Assembly (NCBI GenBank): GCA_023246715.1
Contig: JAHFHZ010000001.1
Coordinates: forward strand, 48,571-112,570
Origin: Candidatus Magasanikiibacteriota bacterium
GTDB taxonomy: Bacteria > Patescibacteriota > Patescibacteriia > Magasanikbacterales > GWA2-37-8
Direction of reading: 5' to 3'
Length of the DNA stretch: 64,000 nucleotides
In this document: positions 10,945-19,140 of the stretch, piece by piece
Layout: each line of letters begins with the position of its first letter
Position numbering within the stretch: the stretch's first letter is position 1
Made by a program: the position numbers and the translations under genes
Notes under the pieces: generated by a model
Told to the model about the DNA's origin: nothing
What the model saw: the letters and a program-made list of their open reading frames with translations, nothing else
The model's database searches: none

Positions 10945-12075
10945 ATGGAAACGCAGCAACAGAACGGATTTTGGTTTGGTAAACGGGTGTTGGTGACCGG
11001 GGGGGATGGATTTGTGGCTTCGCATTTAATTAATTATTTATCCACCCAGGGCGCTTTGCCGGTTATGACGGTTCGTCACCGCCGGCCCATGTTTACGCTT
11101 GAATTGATTAAAGATAAAAATTCCTCCGAAAAAGCAATGATGCCGGATATTGAGCAGTGCGACCTACTTGATTATGAGGCTCTGCGTCGAGTGTGCGATC
11201 GCCACCAGATTGACACCATTTTTCATTTGGCGGCATCGGCAATTGTCAGCGACGCGGCTAATTCGCCGGTGTCAACGATTGAGAACAACGTCATGGGGAC
11301 TTTGAATATATTGGAAATCGCCCGGATTAATAAAATTCCGCGCGTGTTGATTGCTTCGACTGATAAATCGTATGGTGATCACTTAGATGATTCTTTGGAA
11401 CCCTTACCGTATCGTGAAGGTTACGCGCTGCGCGGGATGGACGTGTATAGCGCTTCAAAGGTCTGTGCGGATATGTTGACACAAACGTATTCCTATCAGT
11501 TTAAAGTCCCAGCGATTGTGGTGAGATCCTCGAATATTTTTGGACCAGGTGACTTGAATTTTACTAGACTGATTCCACGTACGATTATGTGTTTGCTCGC
11601 CGGTAAAGCGCCGCTGATTAATCAAGGGAATGAAAAAGTTTTGCGTGAATACATCTATATCGATGACGTGGTTCGAGCGTATACTTTTTTGATGGAGAAG
11701 GTGAGTGAAATCTACGGCGCAGATAACTGCCACATGCCGCACCACGGATCAGCAACCTATGGGTGGACGGCGTTTAACGTTGGTAATTATACAGCTGCCG
11801 AAACTGCCGATCCGCAATCATGTGATTCAATTAAAAACGTGAGCGAAATTATTGAACTTTTGCGGAAAAAAATTACTGATATTCCGCCGGTAGTGAAAGC
11901 AAAGGCGGCTAATTTTATTGAAATCCCAGACCAATATCTGGATTGCTCAAAAATTATCAATCTCGGTTTTCGCCCCCACACCAGCTTTGCCGACGGATTA
12001 CAGCGTTCGATTGATTGGTACCGCGAAAATTATAGCTATTTAGAAAAACGCGCGACGCGTTACGTGCACGCTTGA
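10945..12075 (+). CDS. NDP-sugar 4,6-dehydratase (CDP-glucose 4,6-dehydratase RfbG-like SDR)
   Basis: FWFGKRVLVTGGDGF, FHLAA, STDKSYG (T-D-K), YSASK and NIFGPGD. Confidence 0.8.
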   Translation: METQQQNGFWFGKRVLVTGGDGFVASHLINYLSTQGALPVMTVRHRRPMFTLELIKDKNSSEKAMMPDIEQCDLLDYEALRRVCDRHQIDTIFHLAASAIVSDAANSPVSTIENNVMGTLNILEIARINKIPRVLIASTDKSYGDHLDDSLEPLPYREGYALRGMDVYSASKVCADMLTQTYSYQFKVPAIVVRSSNIFGPGDLNFTRLIPRTIMCLLAGKAPLINQGNEKVLREYIYIDDVVRAYTFLMEKVSEIYGADNCHMPHHGSATYGWTAFNVGNYTAAETADPQSCDSIKNVSEIIELLRKKITDIPPVVKAKAANFIEIPDQYLDCSKIINLGFRPHTSFADGLQRSIDWYRENYSYLEKRATRYVHA

Positions 12076-12108
12076 TTGCCTGGTCGCGAAGCAGCTTAAC
12101 CCACCGAT

Positions 12109-13977
12109 ATGTGCGGAATTAACGGCTTAACATTTGCAAATCCAGAGCTGATCGCGAAAATGAATCAGCTCACCGCTCACCGCGGTCCTGACCAGACCGC
12201 GGTTTTTACGTCTGAGGGTATTTCGTTAGGCCATAACCGCCTGGCCATTATTGATTTATCCCCGGCAGCCAACCAGCCGATTTGGGATTCCGAGCACCGA
12301 ACGGCCATTATTTTGAATGGTGAGATTTATAATTATCGGGAGTTACGGGCGCAGCTAGCAAAAAAGTATACGTTTGTTTCACAGAGTGATACGGAAGTCA
12401 TTTTATATGCCTACAAGGAGTATGGTCCGGAGTGCCTGACGAAATTGAACGGGATGTTTGCTTTGGCTATTTGGGATAATCAGACAAAAGAATTATTTTT
12501 GGCTCGCGACCCCATGGGCATTAAACCGCTGTGCTATTTTCAAGACCAGCGAGGCTTGTTTTTTTCTTCCGAGATTAAGGCGCTTCTGGCGGCTGGTGCC
12601 CCGCGAAAGGTGAATACTCAGGCTTTTAGCGCTTATTTTAATTTATTGTATATTCCCGAACCACAAACAATGTTTGAGGGGATATATAAGTTACCTGCCG
12701 GGCATTGGTTGCGGTTTAAGGGCGGACAGCGCACGATCCAGCGTTATTACGCGTTAAACAATTTTTTTGATTTTACTGATTACGTGCAGACGGTTAATCA
12801 GGTGAGGGGCCTATTTAAAGATAGCGTGCGGCGACAGTTGGTGTCTGATCGGCCGGTGGGCGTATTTTTGAGTGGTGGATTGGACTCCACAGCGGTGCTT
12901 GGCGCGGCTACCGAGTTTCATGGCCGAGGGATTAAAACTTTTTCGGTTAGTTTTAGCGACAATGTCGAGCCTGATAAATTTGCAGCCGATGCCCGGTTAG
13001 CTAAGCAGACGGCGGCGTATTATGGTAGTGATCATCAGGAATTAGTAATTGGAGCGGGTGATTTTAGCGAGCAGATCAATAATTTAGTATGGCATTTAGA
13101 TGAGCCAAATTTTAACCCAACTGCAGGAGCGATGTTTTTACTGTCCCGCCTGGCAAAACAACACGTGGCGGTGGTGTTGGGTGGGGACGGGGGAGATGAA
13201 TTATTTGGTGGGTACCCGCGGTATTATTATAGTCGATTGATTTCGGCATTTCAGCGGCTGCCAAGCGCGACCCAGCAGATTGGTCGTGGTCTGCTCTCTC
13301 TGGTCGGCAAAAAGGATTTTGCGGAGAAATTAGCTTTGCCCCCCGATGCGCGACGAGTATTGGCTTTTTTACTTCAAAAGCAACAAACGGTGCATAGTGT
13401 GATCCAGCCAAGTTACGCCGATGCTCGGGGCTTGGAGGTTGATTTTCAACAACGCTATTTTGGAGTATCATCCGCTGGCGTGAAGACAGATTTTGAAAAG
13501 CACTTTATGCATATTGATCGGCAAAGCTGGTTGGTAGACGAATCCCTCCTGCGCACTGATCGGATGACCATGGCGTTTGGATTAGAAGCGCGCGTGCCAA
13601 TTTTAGATTATCGTTTGGTGGAATTGGCCTTGCGCATCCCCACGGCGTGGAAGTTTAGTTTGTGGCAACGACCCAACAAATTCCAAGGTAAACACATTTG
13701 GCGCGACGCGGTGCGTGAATACTTGCCAGAACATGTTTTGAACCAACCAAAGCGAGGATGGTTTACCCCCATGGCCAAGTGGGTTCGCGCGGATTTGCGT
13801 TTACTGGTAGAGGACATATTGCTTTCGGATCGGTTACCAACGGAATTTTTTAATCGGGTTGGGGTAGCCCGGATGTGGCAAGATCATCTGAGTAAAAAAT
13901 ACTATAATTTGAACATGCTTTGGGCGATCGTGATGTGGCAGTTATGGTACGAACGGTTCATTAAAAGTTCAAGTTAA
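12109..13977 (+). CDS. asnB: Asparagine synthase (glutamine-hydrolysing) family amidotransferase, probably glycan-amidating
   Basis: N-terminal MCGI (Ntn Cys), HRGPD, NGEIYN, FLSGGLDS and GDGGDELFGGY. Confidence 0.93.
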   Translation: MCGINGLTFANPELIAKMNQLTAHRGPDQTAVFTSEGISLGHNRLAIIDLSPAANQPIWDSEHRTAIILNGEIYNYRELRAQLAKKYTFVSQSDTEVILYAYKEYGPECLTKLNGMFALAIWDNQTKELFLARDPMGIKPLCYFQDQRGLFFSSEIKALLAAGAPRKVNTQAFSAYFNLLYIPEPQTMFEGIYKLPAGHWLRFKGGQRTIQRYYALNNFFDFTDYVQTVNQVRGLFKDSVRRQLVSDRPVGVFLSGGLDSTAVLGAATEFHGRGIKTFSVSFSDNVEPDKFAADARLAKQTAAYYGSDHQELVIGAGDFSEQINNLVWHLDEPNFNPTAGAMFLLSRLAKQHVAVVLGGDGGDELFGGYPRYYYSRLISAFQRLPSATQQIGRGLLSLVGKKDFAEKLALPPDARRVLAFLLQKQQTVHSVIQPSYADARGLEVDFQQRYFGVSSAGVKTDFEKHFMHIDRQSWLVDESLLRTDRMTMAFGLEARVPILDYRLVELALRIPTAWKFSLWQRPNKFQGKHIWRDAVREYLPEHVLNQPKRGWFTPMAKWVRADLRLLVEDILLSDRLPTEFFNRVGVARMWQDHLSKKYYNLNMLWAIVMWQLWYERFIKSSS

Positions 13978-13993
13978 TTTTTTAAGTTTACTT

Positions 13994-14725
13994 TTGATTT
14001 TTCATGTGCAGTGTTTTACGATTTTAAGAGAGACCTGGAGAGGAAAGGATATCTATCGAGTGCTGATGAATCAGGCCTGCGCTGATTTTACGATGAAAGG
14101 ATTGACTGTTGATGTTGGCAGTAGCACGCGGCTGGCCAGTTATCATCGATTTTTACAGAAAGACCCCGGTACGACGCTGGAGTGTTTAGATTTGGGTTTT
14201 GAAAGCACCGGAATTGGCGGCAAACGTATAGACTTAGAGCAGGATAAGCTGCCGTACGCCGATGGGGTGGTGGATAGCGTACTGATGTTTAATCTGTTGG
14301 AACATATTTATAACTACGATCAAGCGCTCCGTGAAGCAGCGCGAGTTTTAAAGCCGGGAGGGCAGTTGATTGGCGCGGTGCCGTTTTTAGTTAACTATCA
14401 CCCTGATCCCCATGACTATTGGCGTTTTACGGGCGAGACATTACAAAATATTTTTACGCAAGCGGGCTTTAAGGATATTCAAGTTATTTCCTTTGGTTGT
14501 GGGCCATTCACGGCAGGTTGGTCGCATGTTGAGCAGGTAGTACCGCGGATTTTGAAAATTATCTTTTTACCACTTGTTTTGTTATTTGACGCGGCAGTAT
14601 CGGCGCTTGTACCAAAGATGAATAAAGATCGGTTTAGCCTGGGTTTTTTATTTCATTGCCGAGCGCCTGCCGCGGGAGAAGCGCAGGCAAAATCCATACA
14701 GGTAGCTGGCGCCCAGGCCGCCTAA
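13994..14725 (+). CDS. Class I SAM-dependent methyltransferase (start uncertain)
   Basis: VDVGS motif I, LPYAD, NLLEH, RVLKPGG and HPDPHDYWRFT. Confidence 0.85.
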   Translation: MIFHVQCFTILRETWRGKDIYRVLMNQACADFTMKGLTVDVGSSTRLASYHRFLQKDPGTTLECLDLGFESTGIGGKRIDLEQDKLPYADGVVDSVLMFNLLEHIYNYDQALREAARVLKPGGQLIGAVPFLVNYHPDPHDYWRFTGETLQNIFTQAGFKDIQVISFGCGPFTAGWSHVEQVVPRILKIIFLPLVLLFDAAVSALVPKMNKDRFSLGFLFHCRAPAAGEAQAKSIQVAGAQAA

Positions 14726-15988
14726 GAAGAAAATAATTCCAAGAAGTGGTACGCGCATCCGTGAGTAGCTGACACAGAGCGTTATAACGGCGTTAGCGAG
14801 TATGATTGATCCAAGCGCCAGGGCCACATAGTATTTTTTTTCTTTGTAGAGCGCGACCAAGCCGCCGACAACCAACAAAAGCATTGTTGCCCACACCATG
14901 TTGTCTAGGTAGGTTGCGAAACGCCCTAGGAAGCTTTGTTTTGTTCCTTTACGAATCATGTCGAGGATAGTGTCGTAGCGGCTGTCAAACCAAATTTTGG
15001 GCGCACAGAGTAATTGACTTACAACGATATTTTTTTGACCAATATGAGCAGTTACTTCGGCTGCCTTTTTTTTAATATTGGGATATTCGTTGGCGTTAAA
15101 ACCAACCATTGCGCTGCCCACGCGACCTTTAGCATCAAATATCTGCGGGCCCTCTTCGAGGGATTTTTTTTCGGCTGGAGTACCAAAAATACTGATGACG
15201 TTATATTGATAGCTTGAGCTTAATGTTGGCGTGCCGAGCAAAGCGTAATTGCGGATCAACCAAGAGCTTATTAATAACATGAAACATGTTGCAAAAAGCA
15301 GGCACCCTTTCAGTTTTTTTGCTAACGGAACCTGTTGGTTGGAAATAAGCAGCAGTCCCAGCCCCGGAGTCCATAGCAAGCCGACCGGGCGAGCGAGGGT
15401 GGCAATTCCCAGGGCTACCCCCGCCACCGCTGAGCGCAACCAAAACCATTTGGCTGATTCCGTATTTGGTCGGCGTAAAAGCAGGTATAGGGATAGAAAC
15501 ATGAAAAAACCATAGAAGCTTTCACTCATGGTTTGAAGTGACAACATCCATTGGAGCGGTTCGATTAAGAACAAACCCGTGAAACAATAACCGATTTTTG
15601 GTCGCCCGTATTGATCAAATAGTTTAAACAGCATCCAGCCCGAGAGGAGGAGTAAAATTTGTTGAACAGCGATAATCAGCAGGCCGCTTTTATCAAAGAA
15701 TTCTAGCGCGGCCAGAAATAAAGGGTAGCTTGGGGGCCGTAGTACCTGGGGGAGGTAAGGGGCATTTGGCGAGAGTGAAAACCCATGCCCAGCAAGAACA
15801 TTCTGGCCAATCAGACGGTATTGTAAGGCATCTTGAATCGGTGAAATATCCAAGTGCTTAGTGGCTACAAAATATATGCTGGCGGCGTGCAGAATGGCCA
15901 AAAAACCAAAAAAAATTAGCCGAGGGTGGCGGCGTAAAAAACTGAATTTTTTTGAGGTGCCGCGTTCGATTGCGGCAGACGTTTCCAT
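14648..15988 (-). CDS. GT-C (ArnT/PMT-2-like) membrane glycosyltransferase
   Basis: DALQY..IG loop, RPPSYP, MSES, LARP, WLIRNY and RMRVP. Confidence 0.78.
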   Translation of the reverse strand: METSAAIERGTSKKFSFLRRHPRLIFFGFLAILHAASIYFVATKHLDISPIQDALQYRLIGQNVLAGHGFSLSPNAPYLPQVLRPPSYPLFLAALEFFDKSGLLIIAVQQILLLLSGWMLFKLFDQYGRPKIGYCFTGLFLIEPLQWMLSLQTMSESFYGFFMFLSLYLLLRRPNTESAKWFWLRSAVAGVALGIATLARPVGLLWTPGLGLLLISNQQVPLAKKLKGCLLFATCFMLLISSWLIRNYALLGTPTLSSSYQYNVISIFGTPAEKKSLEEGPQIFDAKGRVGSAMVGFNANEYPNIKKKAAEVTAHIGQKNIVVSQLLCAPKIWFDSRYDTILDMIRKGTKQSFLGRFATYLDNMVWATMLLLVVGGLVALYKEKKYYVALALGSIILANAVITLCVSYSRMRVPLLGIIFFLGGLGASYLYGFCLRFSRGRRSAMK

Positions 15989-16005
15989 ATCTTAATTAAG
16001 GTATT

Positions 16006-16713
16006 TTAGAGTTCGCTTTTTTTGGTGAATAAAATACGCAGCGCAAAAGGCGCGTAGCGGAAGCGTTTCCAGGTATTCATCTTGGATACCCCTTCGGTTC
16101 GTTTACGCCAAATTGAAGGAATTTCGATTGCTTTGTACCCAAGCCTCAGCGGCTTAAGCGTGGTTTCCATAGCTATCTCATGCAATTCTCCCCACCAGTG
16201 TACTTCTTTGAGCAATCGGGCGTTGAATATTTTAAACCCGTAGGTCAGGTCGTGTAGTTTGGTGAAATACAAAATGCGAAACACAATTTGGAAACCCCGA
16301 TTCAAGACATAGGTAAGCGGATCGTATTTATACACAGCACCTCCTTTGATCCAACGGCTGGCCACGGCCAGATCGTAGCCCTGTTCGGCAGCTTTAATCA
16401 TTTTTGGTACAGTTGCCAGATCCATTTCACCATCGGCATCGAGCATGAGCACATGACTGCCAGTGACTAGTGTAAACGCTTGGCGATAAGCGCGGCCAAG
16501 TCCAGGGTTTTCTTTTTGCGTGTAGTGACGCAGGAAGGGGTAGATTTTTTCCAGTTCCTGACAAATTTCAAAAGTACGCTGGCTGGAGCGCGGCGACACA
16601 ATGATGATTATTTGGTGCAAAGCGCTGCTGTTCCCCGCTACCAGAGCGTGGACTGTTTTACGCAGCACCTCTTCTTCAGACCACACCGGAATTATTACCG
16701 AGAGTTTGATCAT
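16006..16713 (-). CDS. GT2 polyprenol-phosphate sugar synthase-like
   Basis: Likely start at 16713 (MIKLSVIIPV). GLGRAY, LDADGE, ASRW, DLTYGFK and RTEGVSK. Confidence 0.88.
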   Translation of the reverse strand: MIKLSVIIPVWSEEEVLRKTVHALVAGNSSALHQIIIIVSPRSSQRTFEICQELEKIYPFLRHYTQKENPGLGRAYRQAFTLVTGSHVLMLDADGEMDLATVPKMIKAAEQGYDLAVASRWIKGGAVYKYDPLTYVLNRGFQIVFRILYFTKLHDLTYGFKIFNARLLKEVHWWGELHEIAMETTLKPLRLGYKAIEIPSIWRKRTEGVSKMNTWKRFRYAPFALRILFTKKSEL

Positions 16714-17680
16714 ATAACACTTTTTTCTTACGATCAGCTTCAATTTTATGGGCGAGGTACCAGGTAACGGTTTTTTGCAGGCCGTCACGCAGTGTTTGTC
16801 GTGGTTCCCAGCCGAGTTTTGTTTTCATTTTCGTGACGTCAAGAATTTTTTTGAGCTGGCCATCTGGTTTGCTGGTGTTCCAGGTTATCTCTCCTTGGTA
16901 AACAACTACCTCGCGAATCATTTCGGCTAACTCCCGAACGCTACAACCATTAGTGGTGGTTAAGTTCATTGGTGCGCCATCATCGTATTTTTCGGTGGCG
17001 AGCACGATCCCGTTGGCCGCATCTTCAACATACAAAAAATTGCGAGTTGGCGCTCCGGTTCCCCACACTTCCACAAATGGCATTTTGTCCATTTTAGCTT
17101 CCACAAAACGCCTGATTAGCGCACCTACGACGTGCGAACTGCCAAAATCAAAATTATCGCCCGGGCCATACATGTTGGTGGGAATTAAAAAAATAGAGTG
17201 AAATCCGTATTGTTTTTTGTAAGCCCACGATTGAACAGATAAAATACGCTTCACGATGCCGTAATCAAGAGCGGTTTCATGGGGTGGTCCTGTCCAGAGA
17301 TCTTCTTCGACTAAAATATCTTTATTCAGATATCCGGGGTAGGCGCAATCTGATCCGATGATGACAAATTTTGCTACTTTGTTAACACGCGCCGCTTCAA
17401 TTAAATTCGTACTCATCATTAGATTTTCGTAGTAGATATTTCCTGGAAATTTTTCGTGGATAGCCATTCCGCCATAAAAGGCGGCACAATGGATAATAAT
17501 GTCAAATTTTTGTTCAGCCAGGTATTTTTCGGTGGCTGCTTGACGGGTAAAATCAACTTCGCTACGGTGCGGTGTTACTATGGCGCCGGAGCGTGGCAGC
17601 AGCCGCTCTCGAATTTGGCTCCCCAGGAATCCGTTGCCACCAGTAATTAATATTTTTTTGTTTTGGAAAAAATTGGTCAT
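16676..17680 (-). CDS. fcl: GDP-L-fucose synthase family epimerase/reductase (Fcl/ColC-like)
   Basis: ITGGNGFLG, GSDCAYP, YGIVK, PTNMYGPGDNF, SSHVVGALIRRF, VWGTGAPTRNFLYVED and KPDGQ. Confidence 0.88.
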   Translation of the reverse strand: MTNFFQNKKILITGGNGFLGSQIRERLLPRSGAIVTPHRSEVDFTRQAATEKYLAEQKFDIIIHCAAFYGGMAIHEKFPGNIYYENLMMSTNLIEAARVNKVAKFVIIGSDCAYPGYLNKDILVEEDLWTGPPHETALDYGIVKRILSVQSWAYKKQYGFHSIFLIPTNMYGPGDNFDFGSSHVVGALIRRFVEAKMDKMPFVEVWGTGAPTRNFLYVEDAANGIVLATEKYDDGAPMNLTTTNGCSVRELAEMIREVVVYQGEITWNTSKPDGQLKKILDVTKMKTKLGWEPRQTLRDGLQKTVTWYLAHKIEADRKKKVLYDQTLGNNSGVV

Positions 17681-17779
17681 AGCCTGGCTGCTTCTGAAAT
17701 CATCCTCGAATAGAACTCATTTGGTGTTTTTACAAAATCCTTTTTGTAATTAGCCAATATAATGTGACCCTATATTACC

Positions 17780-17861
17780 TGTCATTCCCGCGAAAGCGGG
17801 AATCCAGACACTCACGTTTTTGTCTTACCATGATTGGATTCCCGCTTTCGTGGGAATGACA
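17780..17861. repeat. REP/dRS3-like palindromic doublet (27-bp inverted repeat)
   Basis: TGTCATTCCCGCGAAAGCGGGAATCCA (17780-17806) and TGGATTCCCGCTTTCGTGGGAATGACA (17835-17861) are reverse complements with one mismatch. Each arm is itself an ATTCCC-N8-GGGAAT hairpin. Confidence 0.9.
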
Positions 17862-17956
17862 ATTGGGAAAACTCTAAATAAGTTAGAGTCTCTATACTCT
17901 ACCAGATTAGCCCGTGTCAGGCAACTGGCCTCGAGGCCCCGGAATAGCGCAAAAAA

Positions 17957-17985
17957 ATGACAAACAAGACAAAAATTGCTAAGCT
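17957..17985 (+). promoter_or_regulatory. Putative sigma70 promoter for the 18005 operon
   Basis: ATGACA (17957-17962), 17-nt spacer, TGn-TAAGCT (17980-17985), in a divergent intergenic region. Confidence 0.45.
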
Positions 17986-18004
17986 AAGAAGGTTAATTTA
18001 GACT

Positions 18005-19126
18005 ATGCCTTTTGACCCACCTACACTGATTTACCTGGCCACAATCCGTCTGCCGACAGAAAAGGCCCACGGTCTCCAAATCATGAAGACGTGCGAGGCT
18101 TTAGCGGGTCGCGGGGTGGAGCTGCGGTTGCTGGTACCAAAGAGAAAAAATATTTTATCCGGTAGCGCTTTTGATTTTTACCAGATAAAGCAAAATTTTA
18201 AACTTGATTTTGTACCTTGCGTTGACGCGATTAATTGGCTGATTGGCCGATTTGGTTTTTGGTTGACTAATTGGAGTTTTTATCGCCAGGCAAAAAAATT
18301 TTTTACTCCTAACGCGTTGTTTTATACGCGTGATTTGCTGTTAGCGATGGCTTTGACCAGGGATCATAAGCCTTTTATCTATGAGATTCACAGTTTGCCT
18401 GAAAAAGCGAGTAAACACCATATCCGAGTCTGGCAAAGCGCGAGCGGAATTGTGGTGATCAGTGACGGATTGAAAAACCAGTTGATCGCCTGGGGTGTAA
18501 GTGAGAGTAAAATAACCGTGGCACGCGATGCGGTCGAGGTTGAGAAGTTCCAAATCGCGGAATCTAAACACGACTGCCGTCAGAAATTGAATTTACCGCT
18601 TGATGGGCAGATCGTCGTGTATACTGGGCATTTATACGCGTGGAAGGGAGCCGGAATTTTGGCGCAAGCGGCCACGATTTTGCCCCAGGCAACCCAAGTG
18701 TATTTGGTTGGTGGTACGAATGAGGATGTAGCTCGGTTTAAAACTTTATATACGGCGCCTAATTTGCACATTGTTGGCTGGCAACCCCACGCCCAGATGC
18801 CTTTTTGGAATAAAGCAGCCGATGTTTTGGTTATTCCCACCAGCGGCAAAGAAAAGATTGGCGCCGTCTATACTTCACCCATGAAATTATTTGAATATTT
18901 GGTCTCGGGGAATCCGATTGTCGCTTCGGCTATTCCGGCGTTGCAAGAAATATTAAGTGAAGATCGAGCGATTTTTTTTGTCCCCGATAACGCTCCGGAC
19001 CTGGCTCGCGCTGTGCAACAGGCCCTTACAACACCGCCCCAGGCAAAAGCCGGGGATCTTAGTGAGTACTCGTGGGGACAACGAGCGATCATTATTGCTA
19101 ATTTTATTAACACACTCAACCTTTAA
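18005..19126 (+). CDS. GT4 family glycosyltransferase
   Basis: RLPTEKAHGLQI, YTGHLYAWKG and SPMKLFEY. Confidence 0.92.
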   Translation: MPFDPPTLIYLATIRLPTEKAHGLQIMKTCEALAGRGVELRLLVPKRKNILSGSAFDFYQIKQNFKLDFVPCVDAINWLIGRFGFWLTNWSFYRQAKKFFTPNALFYTRDLLLAMALTRDHKPFIYEIHSLPEKASKHHIRVWQSASGIVVISDGLKNQLIAWGVSESKITVARDAVEVEKFQIAESKHDCRQKLNLPLDGQIVVYTGHLYAWKGAGILAQAATILPQATQVYLVGGTNEDVARFKTLYTAPNLHIVGWQPHAQMPFWNKAADVLVIPTSGKEKIGAVYTSPMKLFEYLVSGNPIVASAIPALQEILSEDRAIFFVPDNAPDLARAVQQALTTPPQAKAGDLSEYSWGQRAIIIANFINTLNL

Positions 19127-19140
19127 CGATAGCATTTTCT

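Noticed and set aside
10999-11005. Homopolymer tracts as phase-variation switches (G7 at 10999; T8-T9 at 7047, 24169, 34451, 45961)
   Set aside because: They are short, in frame and explained by Gly, Phe or Lys codons. No frameshifted gene was found around them.
17780-17861. CRISPR repeat, tRNA or simple terminator
   Set aside because: There are only two inverted copies with no spacer array, no cloverleaf and no poly-U tail, and it lies between divergent rather than convergent genes.
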